Assembly (NCBI GenBank): GCA_047651235.1
Contig: CP178758.1
Span: 2,220,001-2,252,000 of the forward strand
DNA: 32,000 nt
Source: Candidatus Electrothrix yaqonensis
GTDB taxonomy: Bacteria > Desulfobacterota > Desulfobulbia > Desulfobulbales > Desulfobulbaceae
Direction: 5' to 3'
Shown here: piece by piece, positions 1 to 8,796 of the stretch
Layout: every line of letters begins with the position of its first letter
Numbering within the stretch: the stretch's first letter is position 1
Position numbers and translations under genes: made by a program
The notes under the pieces: generated by a model
What the model was told of the DNA's origin: nothing
Seen by the model: the letters and a program-made list of their open reading frames with translations, nothing else
Databases searched by the model: none

Positions 1-5
1 ATAAT

Positions 6-356
6 CTACTGGTTCTGAAACATATCTATGGCGGTGCATTCATAGTTAGTGGCAGGGCAAAGTCTGGAGCTGTCAGTTTGCCAAGTAGATGAACAATACA
101 GTTCCACTGAAAGATTATTTGCTAAAGCATCACTAAGCTGATCACGCAAGTCATCATCATAGACTCTGCAATAATAATAAGTAGACCCCGCAGTGGTATA
201 GCTCTTCAGCTGCCCGTATACCCATGCATATGACGTATTCGAGTACATTCTGGTGATTTTAAGCTGTGATGTCCAACCTGCTTCTGCCCTCCCCGCACTC
301 ATCATTGCTGTTGCTGCAACCAGAAAACATCCAACTAATAATTGAACTTTCTTCAT
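6..356 (-). CDS. small secreted Cys-containing protein (hypothetical)
   Basis: ORF 6..371. I start it at MKKVQLLVGCFLVAATAMMSAGRAEA (ATG at 356) because GGAGG lies 7 nt upstream. It has a clear signal-peptide-like N-terminus and 4 Cys in the mature part. Confidence 0.55.
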   Translation of the reverse strand: MKKVQLLVGCFLVAATAMMSAGRAEAGWTSQLKITRMYSNTSYAWVYGQLKSYTTAGSTYYYCRVYDDDLRDQLSDALANNLSVELYCSSTWQTDSSRLCPATNYECTAIDMFQNQ

Positions 357-606
357 GATATTAGCCTCCATCCTAAAAAATACTTAACAGTGATTACATT
401 ACCTATATTCAGGTATACAGTATATTTTAGAGAAAGGTCAAGTTTTTTTTGTGAGTATAATTCCTATGCACATAGTTCAAACATCACAGAGTGGCACCAG
501 TTGCCCTTTTGACAAAAAAACGATAAAAGGCCGATAAAATAAATAAACAATGCATTCTCTTTTTTGAGAGGATGTGCAGCATAATGTATGCTACAGTTAC
601 AGTATT

Positions 607-620
607 CTGCTGTTCAGCAG
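607..620. promoter_or_regulatory. inverted repeat CTGCT-N4-AGCAG upstream of the LysR-type gene (possible LTTR box)
   Basis: The dyad ctgctgttcagcag lies ~55 nt upstream of the ATG at 673. LTTRs commonly autoregulate through a T-N11-A dyad. This is positional inference only. Confidence 0.2.
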
Positions 621-672
621 GACAATAAACGGTACGGACCCACGCTTCCGGCGTATCGGACAAGGAGCGATC

Positions 673-1659
673 ATGGCGATCACACTCAGACAATTTGAAA
701 TATTTATTGCTGTTGCTGAGACCAGACAGGTGACCAGAGCCAGCAAAAAACTCTTTCTGACCCAGTCGGCCGTGAGCATGGCCCTGGCCGAGCTGGAAAA
801 TCAGCTGGGCGGCCCGTTGTTTGACCGGCACGGCCGCAGCCTCCTGCTCAATGACCGGGGCCGTTACCTGCTGCCCATGGCGAAGGAAATAACCTGTCAG
901 GTCAGCAATATAGAAGATTTACTGACGGAAGAGAAAGAATCTGTTGCCGGATCACTGGAGATTATTGCCAGCTCCACGATCGGTAATTACGTCCTGCCCT
1001 ATCCTGTCGCCTTTTTCATGCGGATGTATCCGGAGGCGCATATTAATATGCTGGTGTCCAATACCAAGGACTCGGAACGTCTTGTTGCCCAGGGCGTCAT
1101 GGATCTCGGCTTTGTCGAAGGCGGCATCACGGACGAAGCTGTCCGCCTGATTCCCTGGATCGAGGACGAACTGCGGATTATTGTCAGTGCAGCGCATCCG
1201 CTTGCCCGGCACGATTTCTTCAGCCTGCCGGATGATCTTGTCAGAACAGCCTGGGTTCTGCGCGAAGACGGCTCCGGCACAGCGGAAATTTTCAAAAATA
1301 AACTGGGCGAACATGCTCCGCTGCTCAAGGTCGTCACCCGGATCGGCCACACCGAGGCCATCAAAAAGGCGGTGGAGGCCGGTGTGGGCGCAGCCTGTCT
1401 TTCCGAGCTGACCATCTGCCGGGAAGAGGAACAGGGCTGGCTGAAAAGTCTGGCCATCAAAGACGTCAACATGCGGCGCCAACTCTCTATTATTCAGCAC
1501 CGGGATAAAGCCATGACGCGACTGATGGACGAATTTCTGCGCTTCTGCTCCGTGATGGCCGAATGCGGTCTCGGCAGAGAATGCCTGTCGTCCCCGGAAA
1601 AGCTCAATGAGCTGCTGAAGCAGACCTGCAGCAGGCAGGATGCCGAAAAAACAATGTAA
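673..1659 (+). CDS. LysR-family transcriptional regulator
   Basis: N-terminal HTH MAITLRQFEIFIAVAETRQVTRASKKLFLTQSAVSMALAELE is typical of LTTRs (YeiE-like). AAGGAG lies at 662-667. The upstream extension of ORF 574..1659 is rejected. Confidence 0.9.
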   Translation: MAITLRQFEIFIAVAETRQVTRASKKLFLTQSAVSMALAELENQLGGPLFDRHGRSLLLNDRGRYLLPMAKEITCQVSNIEDLLTEEKESVAGSLEIIASSTIGNYVLPYPVAFFMRMYPEAHINMLVSNTKDSERLVAQGVMDLGFVEGGITDEAVRLIPWIEDELRIIVSAAHPLARHDFFSLPDDLVRTAWVLREDGSGTAEIFKNKLGEHAPLLKVVTRIGHTEAIKKAVEAGVGAACLSELTICREEEQGWLKSLAIKDVNMRRQLSIIQHRDKAMTRLMDEFLRFCSVMAECGLGRECLSSPEKLNELLKQTCSRQDAEKTM

Positions 1660-2046
1660 TGCGATAGACTGTGCGTCCTCCTTTGCCCGGCTTATACTGC
1701 AGAAAAACTCAAGGATATTTTCTGCTCTCAGGGTAAAATTTGCTCATACCTTTTCACGACAGATATAGCATCAAGTATACCTGTTTGATTGTTCAGATAA
1801 ATCTTCACCCAATGAACATCGGGGATAGGGTGCCACCGCGTAGGTGGCGGGTATGCCGCCACAGAGATGATCTTTCCGGCAGGAATCACCTGTTGGAGTT
1901 GGGTGCGATTACAAGTGCGGTTTTATCAATTACGGGATGCATGAGAGCGTATTTTTCTGTTACTTTGATTTCTTTGAGAAAGAAACAGCAAGTAATCAGG
2001 ATGCTGTGTTGTCCGTTCGTATAATATTATCCCGGAGAAGATATTT

Positions 2047-2716
2047 ATGTCCTCACTGTCACAGGAAGATAAGGAATTGCTCAATCAATTGAACCGTCAG
2101 CCAAATCTGAAAACGCGTATTCAAGCTATTCTTTCTATAGCCGGTGATGACGGAGACGGGATTGTAAAAGCTGATGAGGCCGAAAGTAGGGTCATTGAGG
2201 AAGTTCGCCGGATGGGTAATGAGGTGCTCAGCGGATGGGCGGAGAGTCGAATTGAAAAATCCGGGGCAGCTCTTCCGACGGACGGTAATTGTACCCGTAG
2301 CGGTAAAAAAAACACATTGGCACACGACGTTCGGGATAATTCACGTAGTTGAGCAGGAGTACAGACAGCCGGGAAAACGGTACCGGCCGTTCAGCCGAAG
2401 TGCCGGAATAACCTGCCGATGCTGCTCGCTGCCTCTGCAGCGTGCCGTAACAGATTTCGGGGCAGACCATTCCTTTGGTCGGGTTCCTGAAAAACTGAAG
2501 GAACATTATGGGATAACATTACCGGTAAGTACTGTCCGAAATATCACGGAGACTCACGCCCGACACATACATGAAAGACGTCGACAGGAGAGAATTGAAG
2601 AATATCCGTCTATAAAGGGACGGGACTTCGTTATTGCCGAGACGGACGGCAGCATGGTTCCGATTGTCCTGACGGATACAAATGCCAAGGACCGGCGCAA
2701 ACTCCACCCCCAGTAA
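2047..2716 (+). mobile_element. ISKra4-like transposase gene fragment (frameshifted and 3'-truncated)
   Basis: Two overlapping ORFs (2047..2352 and 2174..2716) join across an A8 run at 2305-2312: ...SGKK / KTHWHTTFG.... The following segment HSFGRVPEKLKEHYGITLPVSTVRNITE matches my recollection of ISKra4-type transposases. Only the N-terminal ~225 aa are present. Confidence 0.6.
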
Positions 2717-2755
2717 TTCCGCAACCTGTTCGATGGTGACACGTTCTTCCGGCAT
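2706..2755 (-). pseudogene. 5' stub of a small HTH (excisionase/MerR-like) gene cut off by the IS fragment
   Basis: GGGAGG plus ATG at 2755 gives MPEERVTIEQVAELLGV. The sequence then runs into the end of the IS-derived segment and loses sense. Confidence 0.4.
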
Positions 2756-2898
2756 TGCATGTCCTCCCTGTAAGGATTTATAGATATGAGGAATTACGTT
2801 AAAACTTTGGATTTTGGTTGTCAAGGGAAAAGAGGGTGATGAGGTGCTGAAAAGGGCAGGGCGGGGTAAAGTTAGGCGGATTCTGGGTTGGAGGGAGG
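2742..2898. repeat. copy 1 of a ~157-bp duplicated promoter/leader cassette
   Basis: Aligns with 3168..3324 at a constant 426-bp offset and roughly 80% identity. On the minus strand it contains TTGACA (2819-2824), a 17-bp spacer and TAACGT (2796-2801), then an SD and ATG. Confidence 0.8.
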
Positions 2899-2944
2899 AA
2901 ATGCTGTATTTGCGAACGGCAATGCAGAGATCAACAGAGCCGCG

Positions 2945-3106
2945 TTATTTTTTTTTCTGCGATTGTGACTTTTTTTGGCGTTTCTGCATGGCATCTGTTC
3001 GATGCCGCCAGAATTCCAGCTGTTCCTGCACTGACTTGCCCTCAATTAACTGCCTGATATGTTCAGCACCGCGCCGCTTTAAAAGGACACATTCAGGCTC
3101 ACGCAT
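2945..3106 (-). CDS. 53-aa small basic protein (antitoxin-like, hypothetical)
   Basis: Below the ORF-track cutoff. Sequence MREPECVLLKRRGAEHIRQLIEGKSVQEQLEFWRHRTDAMQKRQKKSQSQKKK. Its ATG overlaps the TGA of the 24-codon ORF upstream (ATGCGTGA). Confidence 0.4.
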   Translation of the reverse strand: MREPECVLLKRRGAEHIRQLIEGKSVQEQLEFWRHRTDAMQKRQKKSQSQKKK

Positions 3107-3173
3107 TCTTGCTCTGTTTCCAAGAGTTATCCTTCATTGCCTGATAGCCGGGCTGGGCCTTGTCGTTGGGCAT
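3099..3173 (-). CDS. 24-codon leader-like ORF driven by cassette copy 2
   Basis: Sequence MPNDKAQPGYQAMKDNSWKQSKNA*. The start codon sits at the position equivalent to the ATG of the copy-1 stub. It could instead be the frameshifted 5' part of the 53-aa ORF. Confidence 0.25.
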   Translation of the reverse strand: MPNDKAQPGYQAMKDNSWKQSKNA

Positions 3174-3324
3174 TGCACGTCCCTCATGTGAGAATTTTAT
3201 AGACAAGAGGAATTACGTTAAAACGTTGGTTCTTGCTTGTCAAGGGAAAAAACGGGTGGTGAGGTGCTGAAAAAGGAAGGGTTGGCCTGGGTAAAGCTGG
3301 GCGGCGTCTGGGTTGGAGGGAGAG
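3168..3324. repeat. copy 2 of the ~157-bp duplicated promoter/leader cassette
   Basis: See copy 1. TTGACA (3238-3243) and TAACGT (3215-3220) are conserved on the minus strand. Confidence 0.8.
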
Positions 3325-3378
3325 GCGGGCTGGGTAAAGCCAGGAAGTTTTTGGGTAGAGGCAGGGCTTGTCTGTCTT

Positions 3379-5349
3379 TTATGAGTCAGGTTTTTGCTGA
3401 ACAGAGTGGGTTCGGGCCAAGTATTCCAGGAGTTGTTTATGGATGAAGTGGTAGCTCCCGCCGACCCGTTGCAGGATTTTGCGGTGATGGAGGAATTCTA
3501 GCCAGTTGATGAGGCGGAGAGGGAGTTGGTCCTCTTGCCAGAGGAATAATCTTACTAAATAATGTCTAATAATGGTAATACTTCCGTAAGAGACGATGCT
3601 AACAAAAAGCATAAGGAAAAATACCGCATAAACAGATGGTTCCTGCATGTTGTTCACTATTTGACATCCAGTGTATTTAGCAGATTCTATAGCTTTAAAA
3701 TAAACAAATGCTGCGGTTAAGCTAGTAAGTGGAACAAGAAAACAACCATTAAGGCCAGCATAAAAAAGCGTTTGATAAGGGCTTACTGTTTCTGGAATGG
3801 AAACGTTAAGGTTTCTGCTGGCACGGATTAATGCGAAAATTACTACGCAAGACAACCCGTAGGCTAATGAACCAAAGGCTATAAGTCCAACCAGTCCGCC
3901 AATAATCAAACCAAAAATTATTCCCTCCAATAGTCCCGATAAAACTTTTTTCCAATCATAGAGAGTAGAAGGATAGCCTAATCGTATTATTTCATCCTGC
4001 TTTACAACTTGCTCATCTCTTAGGAGGACATATGCCATCCAGAGTGGTATAATCCTTAAACCAAATGCTGAGTTTAAAAACGACATAATAATCAAGCCGA
4101 GTGGAATCCCGCTTAATAAGCCGTAACTTACCTTGAATTTCCAAATATGATATAGACAGTCTGGATGTAATTCATCAAGACGAAATTCTACTTTTCCCTC
4201 CGTCTTTATCCTGTTTGCTAAACAATACAGCCAACGAATTGAATGGTCTTTGCTATACTGTTTCCAGTATTTCTCCGATCCATTCTTCTTAGATGGTGTT
4301 TTTTTCTTCAGACAATAATCAAGATAAAGCTCCCATAACCGATTTTCCGCCTGTTTTCCCCTTCGCAACCCTTCATCTTGGCTCAGACTTCTTTCGTTTT
4401 CCAGCGTCAGCATAATATTGAGAAAAAGAGGCCGCCGAGCAAGCTCAAACAGACTGCTTTTCTTTCCCTGCTTTTGCGACTGCTGCAAAAAAATCCATAA
4501 GCCGTAAAGCTGCAACCGCTTGAGATAACCCTCTAGCTTCTTTTCCGAGATATCCTGCAAAATGACCGCATGATTCAAGTCTACTTTTTTCTGCAAGCGC
4601 CGATACTCCTCAAGCCGGCAGCAGACCACCAAGGAACGACCCGTCTGAAACTTATTAAAGGCTTGGACAAATTTATCCTGCCTACTTTGTAGTAATTCAT
4701 CTAAGCCGTCAAAAAGCGGAAAGATGACCTCGTCCCGCACAAGTTCTTTAGCCAGCTCTTCTTGCAAGCCTCGGTAGTTTTTACTGAGTTGACGGCCCAT
4801 CCAATCAACCAAGTCCTTATCGTCCCACTCTGAACACTCAAAAATCACCGGCAAGGATTCTTGTTCTTCTTCCTCGGCCCGCTTTAGCAAATGGTCATGT
4901 AGCTGTAAAAGAGAGATAGTCTTACCGCTTCCCGGTTTTCCCAGGATAGCCAAACGCTCGCCGCTTTCTTTGTCTTGGAAAATGTCGATAATACTAAGGT
5001 CGGTGACTTGGGGAGCACGGCCTTCCTGCTCATAAAGAATATCCCGCAGGGAATGGGGCCGATCAACTTCATGGGGAGAGAGTTTCTTTTCTAAATCTAA
5101 TGGGGTACGTTCATCCAGGAGGGAGGACAGGCGAAGGTCTAGGTCATTACGGAAACGTTTGAGGAGCTGCTGACGAAGCCTTGGCGGGCAAACAGAGAGA
5201 TCATTATCGGTTTCTTTTTGGGAGGAGGTAGTGTTTTTTCGGGAACGGAAAAGAAGCCAGCCCAGTATAGGAAGCCCGACACCGCTAAGAATCCACTCCC
5301 ACGGTTTAGCTTCCACAAACGATTGCCAAAATTGTCCAAGCAGCTCCAT
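3379..5349 (-). CDS. NACHT-domain STAND NTPase with 1 N-terminal and ~6 C-terminal transmembrane helices
   Basis: Walker A is LAILGKPGSGKTISLL and Walker B is VIFPLFDGLDEL. The tail GGSYHFIHKQLLEYLA resembles a NACHT winged-helix ending. Hydrophobic stretches include WILSGVGLPILGWLLF and GIIFGLIIGGLVGLIAFGSLAYGL. The gene is visibly more AT-rich than its neighbours. Confidence 0.85.
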   Translation of the reverse strand: MELLGQFWQSFVEAKPWEWILSGVGLPILGWLLFRSRKNTTSSQKETDNDLSVCPPRLRQQLLKRFRNDLDLRLSSLLDERTPLDLEKKLSPHEVDRPHSLRDILYEQEGRAPQVTDLSIIDIFQDKESGERLAILGKPGSGKTISLLQLHDHLLKRAEEEEQESLPVIFECSEWDDKDLVDWMGRQLSKNYRGLQEELAKELVRDEVIFPLFDGLDELLQSRQDKFVQAFNKFQTGRSLVVCCRLEEYRRLQKKVDLNHAVILQDISEKKLEGYLKRLQLYGLWIFLQQSQKQGKKSSLFELARRPLFLNIMLTLENERSLSQDEGLRRGKQAENRLWELYLDYCLKKKTPSKKNGSEKYWKQYSKDHSIRWLYCLANRIKTEGKVEFRLDELHPDCLYHIWKFKVSYGLLSGIPLGLIIMSFLNSAFGLRIIPLWMAYVLLRDEQVVKQDEIIRLGYPSTLYDWKKVLSGLLEGIIFGLIIGGLVGLIAFGSLAYGLSCVVIFALIRASRNLNVSIPETVSPYQTLFYAGLNGCFLVPLTSLTAAFVYFKAIESAKYTGCQIVNNMQEPSVYAVFFLMLFVSIVSYGSITIIRHYLVRLFLWQEDQLPLRLINWLEFLHHRKILQRVGGSYHFIHKQLLEYLARTHSVQQKPDS

Positions 5350-5457
5350 AAACTCCTCTCTGTTTTACGATGCCAACTTAAAAAACATACCTTTTATCCA
5401 AGCCAGCTCCAGATCAACCAACAGAAAACCCAGCTCTTTGCTTTTCCGCACCTTTCA

Positions 5458-5486
5458 TTGACAGCAACCTGAACCCACTGTACAAT
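5458..5486 (+). promoter_or_regulatory. sigma70-type promoter for the higA-like gene
   Basis: TTGACA (5458-5463), an exact 17-bp spacer, then TACAAT (5481-5486), 28 nt before the ATG at 5514. Confidence 0.5.
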
Positions 5487-5513
5487 GAGAACGCAATTAC
5501 AGTCAGGAGAAAT

Positions 5514-5804
5514 ATGCGACCAATCCACCCCGGAGAAATCATTAAAGAAGAGTACCTTGAACCTTTAGGCATGAGTGTTAATGCTCTGGCTGTTGCCCTG
5601 CGCGTTCCAGCTCCCAGAATCAATGATGTGGTACGGCAAAAGCGTGGTATCAGCATTGATACTGCTCTCAGGTTAGCCAGGTATTTCAATACAACCGCAC
5701 AATTTTGGATGAATCTGCAAGTCAGTTATGACCTTAAAATCGCCAAACAACATATAGAAAAAATTAAGAATGAGGTTATACCGTTGCAAACCACAGCCGC
5801 CTGA
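5514..5804 (+). CDS. higA: HigA-family (XRE HTH) antitoxin-like regulator, no adjacent higB
   Basis: MRPIHPGEIIKEEYLEPLGMSVNALAVALRVPAPRINDVVRQKRGISIDTALRLARYF is the canonical HigA/VapI N-terminus. The 164 nt upstream contain no HigB-like frame. Confidence 0.8.
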   Translation: MRPIHPGEIIKEEYLEPLGMSVNALAVALRVPAPRINDVVRQKRGISIDTALRLARYFNTTAQFWMNLQVSYDLKIAKQHIEKIKNEVIPLQTTAA

Positions 5805-5860
5805 TAGAGTGGATGGATAACGGACAATTATAACATGGAACAATTGATGGCTATTGCACT

Positions 5861-7840
5861 TTACTTCTCCGACTCAATCTCCTCAATCCGCCCCTGCGCT
5901 TCCTCCCAAACCGCAAACTGACGCTTCAGCGTTTGCTCTACCTCATTATACTCCTTGCTGACTTTCAGCCAGCGGGGTTGGTTCGCATACAGATCAGGAT
6001 CAGCCATTAAGGTCTCCAGCTCCCCTTTACGCTCCTCCAGGACATCAATTTGTTTCTCTGCGGTAGCTGATTTTTTCTTCCAGGGTTTCAGTTGACCACT
6101 GAGTTGCTGCCGTTGTTGGGCCCGTTTCCTCCGTTCTTCCTTGCGATCACCCGAACCAGCAGCATCCTGTTCCGTTTTCGCAGGAGCGCTCTTTTGCTGC
6201 TTCTCCTGTTTTTTTACCGCAAGCTGCTCTTCGTCCAGTTGCTGGCGGGCCGCAAGATAATCATCAATATTGCCTTCATGGAGAATCGCCCGACCATCCC
6301 GGATTTCCAGTACCTTATTGACAAAAGAATTGACAAAGGTCCGGTTATGAGAAACCACGATGATGCTGCCCTCGTACTGGGCCATTGCCTCCTGAAGCAC
6401 CTCCTGGGAGGTAATGTCCAGATGGTTGGTGGGCTCGTCCAACAGCATGAGATTGGCAGGCTTGACCAGCATTTTTGCCAGGGCCACCCGGCTCTTTTCC
6501 CCACCGGACAGCACCTGCACATGCTTGTCCACCTCGTCGCCAGTAAAGAGAAAGGCCCCGAGCAGCGAGCGCACCTTGGTCACGGTCATGTCCTGGGCTG
6601 CGTGGTACACTGTGTCCAAAATGCTGGACTCGCCATAGAGTTCCTGGGCCTGATGCTGGCCAAAATAGGTCAGGATGACGTTATGCCCCAGACTGATCTC
6701 GCCTTCAGCGGGTTCCAGACTCGCCATAATCTTCATCAGAGTGGTTTTACCAGCCCCGTTGACTCCGACCACAGCCAGTTTATCCCCTCGTTGCAGGTTC
6801 AGATGGACATCTTTAAAGATTTGCTTGCCATCAAAGGATTTATTGACCTTATCCAGCTGCAAGATGTCCCGTCCTGAGGGCATGGCTGGCGGGAAAGAAA
6901 AGTGGATGGTGCGCTCGGTCTCAGAGAGCTCCAGGCGCTCCAGCTTTTCCAGCTGCTTGACTCGGCTCTGGACCTGCTTGGCCTTGGTGGACTTGGCCCG
7001 AAAACGGGTAATGAACTGCTCTGCCTGCTTGATCATGGCCTGCTGATTCTCATAGGCAGCCCGCTCCAGCTCCATGCGCTGTTCCTTATCCACCAGATAC
7101 TTGGAGTAATTGCCCTTATAAACGGTTAAGCGGCCAAGACTGAGTTCCCAGGTTTTAGTGGTGACCCGATCAAGAAAAGAGCGGTCATGGGAGATAATCA
7201 TCATGGCGCCCTGGTATTGTTGCAGGAAGTCTTCCAGCCAGGTCAGGGAATCCAGATCAAGATGGTTGGTCGGCTCATCCAGCAGAAGCAGGGCAGGCTT
7301 GCGCAGGAGCAGCTTTGCCAGGAGCAGACGCATGATCCATCCGCCGGAGAACTCGGCTACGGGCCGGTCCAGGTCTTCTTTGGAAAACCCTAGACCAAAG
7401 AGGATGCGCTCAATCTGGGGACGGATACGAAAGATATCATGGCCCTCCAGCAGGTGCTGGAGCTCGCCCTGCCGTTCCAGCAGGGACTCCAGCTCCGGGC
7501 TGTCCTGGTCCAGTCCGGCCATGCGCTGGTTGATCTCGTCAAACTCCTGCTGCTGCTGCAAGGCCTCATCAAAGGCATGTTCGGCCTCTTCAAAGAGCGA
7601 GCGCTGGCCCAGTTCAATGGAGATCTCCTGGGGAAGATAGGCCACGGTGAACCATGAGGCCCTGCTGATGACGCCGGGATCAGTCTCCAGGGACCCGCTG
7701 ATAATCTTCATCAGGGTGGATTTTCCTGTGCCGTTGACACCTGCCAGCCCGATGCGGTCATCTGCATGGATCTGGGAGGTGACTTCACGAAAGAGGTGCT
7801 TAGAGCCGTATTGCAGGCTGAGGTTATTTATGGTGAGCAT
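5861..7840 (-). CDS. ABC-F family ATPase (two ABC domains plus a charged coiled-coil tail)
   Basis: Two Walker A motifs (GVNGTGKST and GVNGAGKTT) and two LSGG signatures. No TM domain. Lys/Glu/Gln-rich C-terminus as in Uup/YheS-type proteins. Confidence 0.9.
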   Translation of the reverse strand: MLTINNLSLQYGSKHLFREVTSQIHADDRIGLAGVNGTGKSTLMKIISGSLETDPGVISRASWFTVAYLPQEISIELGQRSLFEEAEHAFDEALQQQQEFDEINQRMAGLDQDSPELESLLERQGELQHLLEGHDIFRIRPQIERILFGLGFSKEDLDRPVAEFSGGWIMRLLLAKLLLRKPALLLLDEPTNHLDLDSLTWLEDFLQQYQGAMMIISHDRSFLDRVTTKTWELSLGRLTVYKGNYSKYLVDKEQRMELERAAYENQQAMIKQAEQFITRFRAKSTKAKQVQSRVKQLEKLERLELSETERTIHFSFPPAMPSGRDILQLDKVNKSFDGKQIFKDVHLNLQRGDKLAVVGVNGAGKTTLMKIMASLEPAEGEISLGHNVILTYFGQHQAQELYGESSILDTVYHAAQDMTVTKVRSLLGAFLFTGDEVDKHVQVLSGGEKSRVALAKMLVKPANLMLLDEPTNHLDITSQEVLQEAMAQYEGSIIVVSHNRTFVNSFVNKVLEIRDGRAILHEGNIDDYLAARQQLDEEQLAVKKQEKQQKSAPAKTEQDAAGSGDRKEERRKRAQQRQQLSGQLKPWKKKSATAEKQIDVLEERKGELETLMADPDLYANQPRWLKVSKEYNEVEQTLKRQFAVWEEAQGRIEEIESEK

Positions 7841-7924
7841 AGGGTAAATTTATATAATTTTTTCTGGTAATAGATAGCTGAAGGGAGAGCTTATTTAGCT
7901 GTTAATCCATCTGTACATAATCAA

Positions 7925-8560
7925 TACCACAACACTAAACGACTCACCGCCTGAAAGTCGGTGGGTTTATAATTGCGGACTGAAAGTCCAGCTGTACCGG
8001 CAGGCTTCGCAGCCGGTTGGTGTTATCGTTCAACCTCAAATCTGTCATTCGGATTACGTTCAAAATGATGAGCCGGATATTCATCAATCATGGCACGCGG
8101 CAATTCACCGGCAGTGACGCAAAAATATCCACATGCCCAAAAATGACGGCCCCAATACCGCTTTCGCACATGAGGAAATTCCTCGAATATCTTTCGGGAC
8201 GTTCTCCCTTTCACCCGTCTCATAATATCCGGTGGTGCCGAAACCAAAATATGCACATGATCTTTATTGACTACGCCCCGCAAAATTTGGATCTCGAAAT
8301 ACTCACAGGTTTGACGAGCAATATCACGTGCCCGCTCGGCAAGATCACCACGTAGAATATGATAACGATACTTCGTTACCCAAACAAAATAATACTCTAT
8401 TTTATACTTGGGAACGGGAATTAATTCTACTTTGGCGATCATAAACATAACTAGCTTATTTTTATTAAGTATTTAAAAACCCCTGTTTTTAGCATTGTTA
8501 ATATTATTAAATAGTTAATGGTATGGTCACCAAAGTAGAATTACTTTGAGGGTGATCCCG
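7925..8560 (-). mobile_element. IS200-type element (tnpA only) with subterminal hairpins
   Basis: tnpA is flanked by three hairpins at ~7935-8010 and a long hairpin at 8526-8557 (TCACC-CAAAGTA gaat TACTTTG-A-GGGTGA). The element ends are approximate. Confidence 0.6.
8023..8448 (-). CDS. tnpA: IS200/IS605-family Y1 (HUH) transposase TnpA
   Basis: Carries YYFVWVTKYRYHIL, the HUH motif DHVHILVSAPP, and the Tyr region RHFWACGYFCVTAG. Appears intact. Confidence 0.85.
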   Translation of the reverse strand: MFMIAKVELIPVPKYKIEYYFVWVTKYRYHILRGDLAERARDIARQTCEYFEIQILRGVVNKDHVHILVSAPPDIMRRVKGRTSRKIFEEFPHVRKRYWGRHFWACGYFCVTAGELPRAMIDEYPAHHFERNPNDRFEVER

Positions 8561-8709
8561 TCAGCAACAAGGAGAACAACCTTTACAAATTTTTCAACGC
8601 CGCCTTGAATGGTGAGCGGGCTGAAAAACATCTGCATTATGTTGTGTCGTCGAAAACATGGCAGCCATGATTCGGTTGTGAGCAAGGGCTATTCAATTCC
8701 GGAAAATCG

Positions 8710-8726
8710 CGCCTGACGAACAGGCG
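8710..8726 (-). terminator. weak intrinsic-terminator-like hairpin after the ABC/OMP operon
   Basis: The minus-strand RNA reads CGCCUG-UUCGU-CAGGCG followed by CGAUUUUCC, ~70 nt after the stop at 8797. Confidence 0.3.
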
Positions 8727-8796
8727 GTCTATGTTTGTGCTTGTTCTTAAAAAGTTCCGCACCGACATTATTCCTCCTGTTCGATACAATTCTGCT

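Noticed and set aside
492-504. Sigma-54-like TGGCAC...TTGC motif in the lysR / secreted-protein intergenic region
   Set aside because: The GG-to-GC spacing is 10 nt (G493 to G503) rather than the ~12 nt of the -24/-12 consensus, so it is unlikely to be functional.
574-672. Upstream extensions offered by the ORF track for the LysR gene, and likewise for 12030..12206, 27763..28077, 28060..28104 and 29662..29745
   Set aside because: Internal ATGs preceded by good SD sequences coincide with the expected N-termini (HTH, signal peptide, lipobox). The extensions have non-protein-like sequence.
1735-1895. Possible minus-strand mini-ORF (VIPAGKIISVAAYPPPTRWHPIPDVHWVKIYLNNQTGILDAISVVKRYEQILP*) together with overlapping alternative hairpins (GTGGCGG/CCGCCAC and GCCACC/GGTGGC at ~1831-1862)
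   Set aside because: It has only a GTG start, no SD and no recognisable family. The hairpins might belong to the end of the adjacent IS fragment. The evidence is insufficient to call either.
8553-8670. Plus-strand frame DPVSNKENNLYKFFNAALNGERAEKHLHYVVSSKTWQP* next to the IS200 hairpin, considered as the 3' end of a gene disrupted by the IS
   Set aside because: It has no start codon, no matching 5' half on the other side of the IS and no family recognised.
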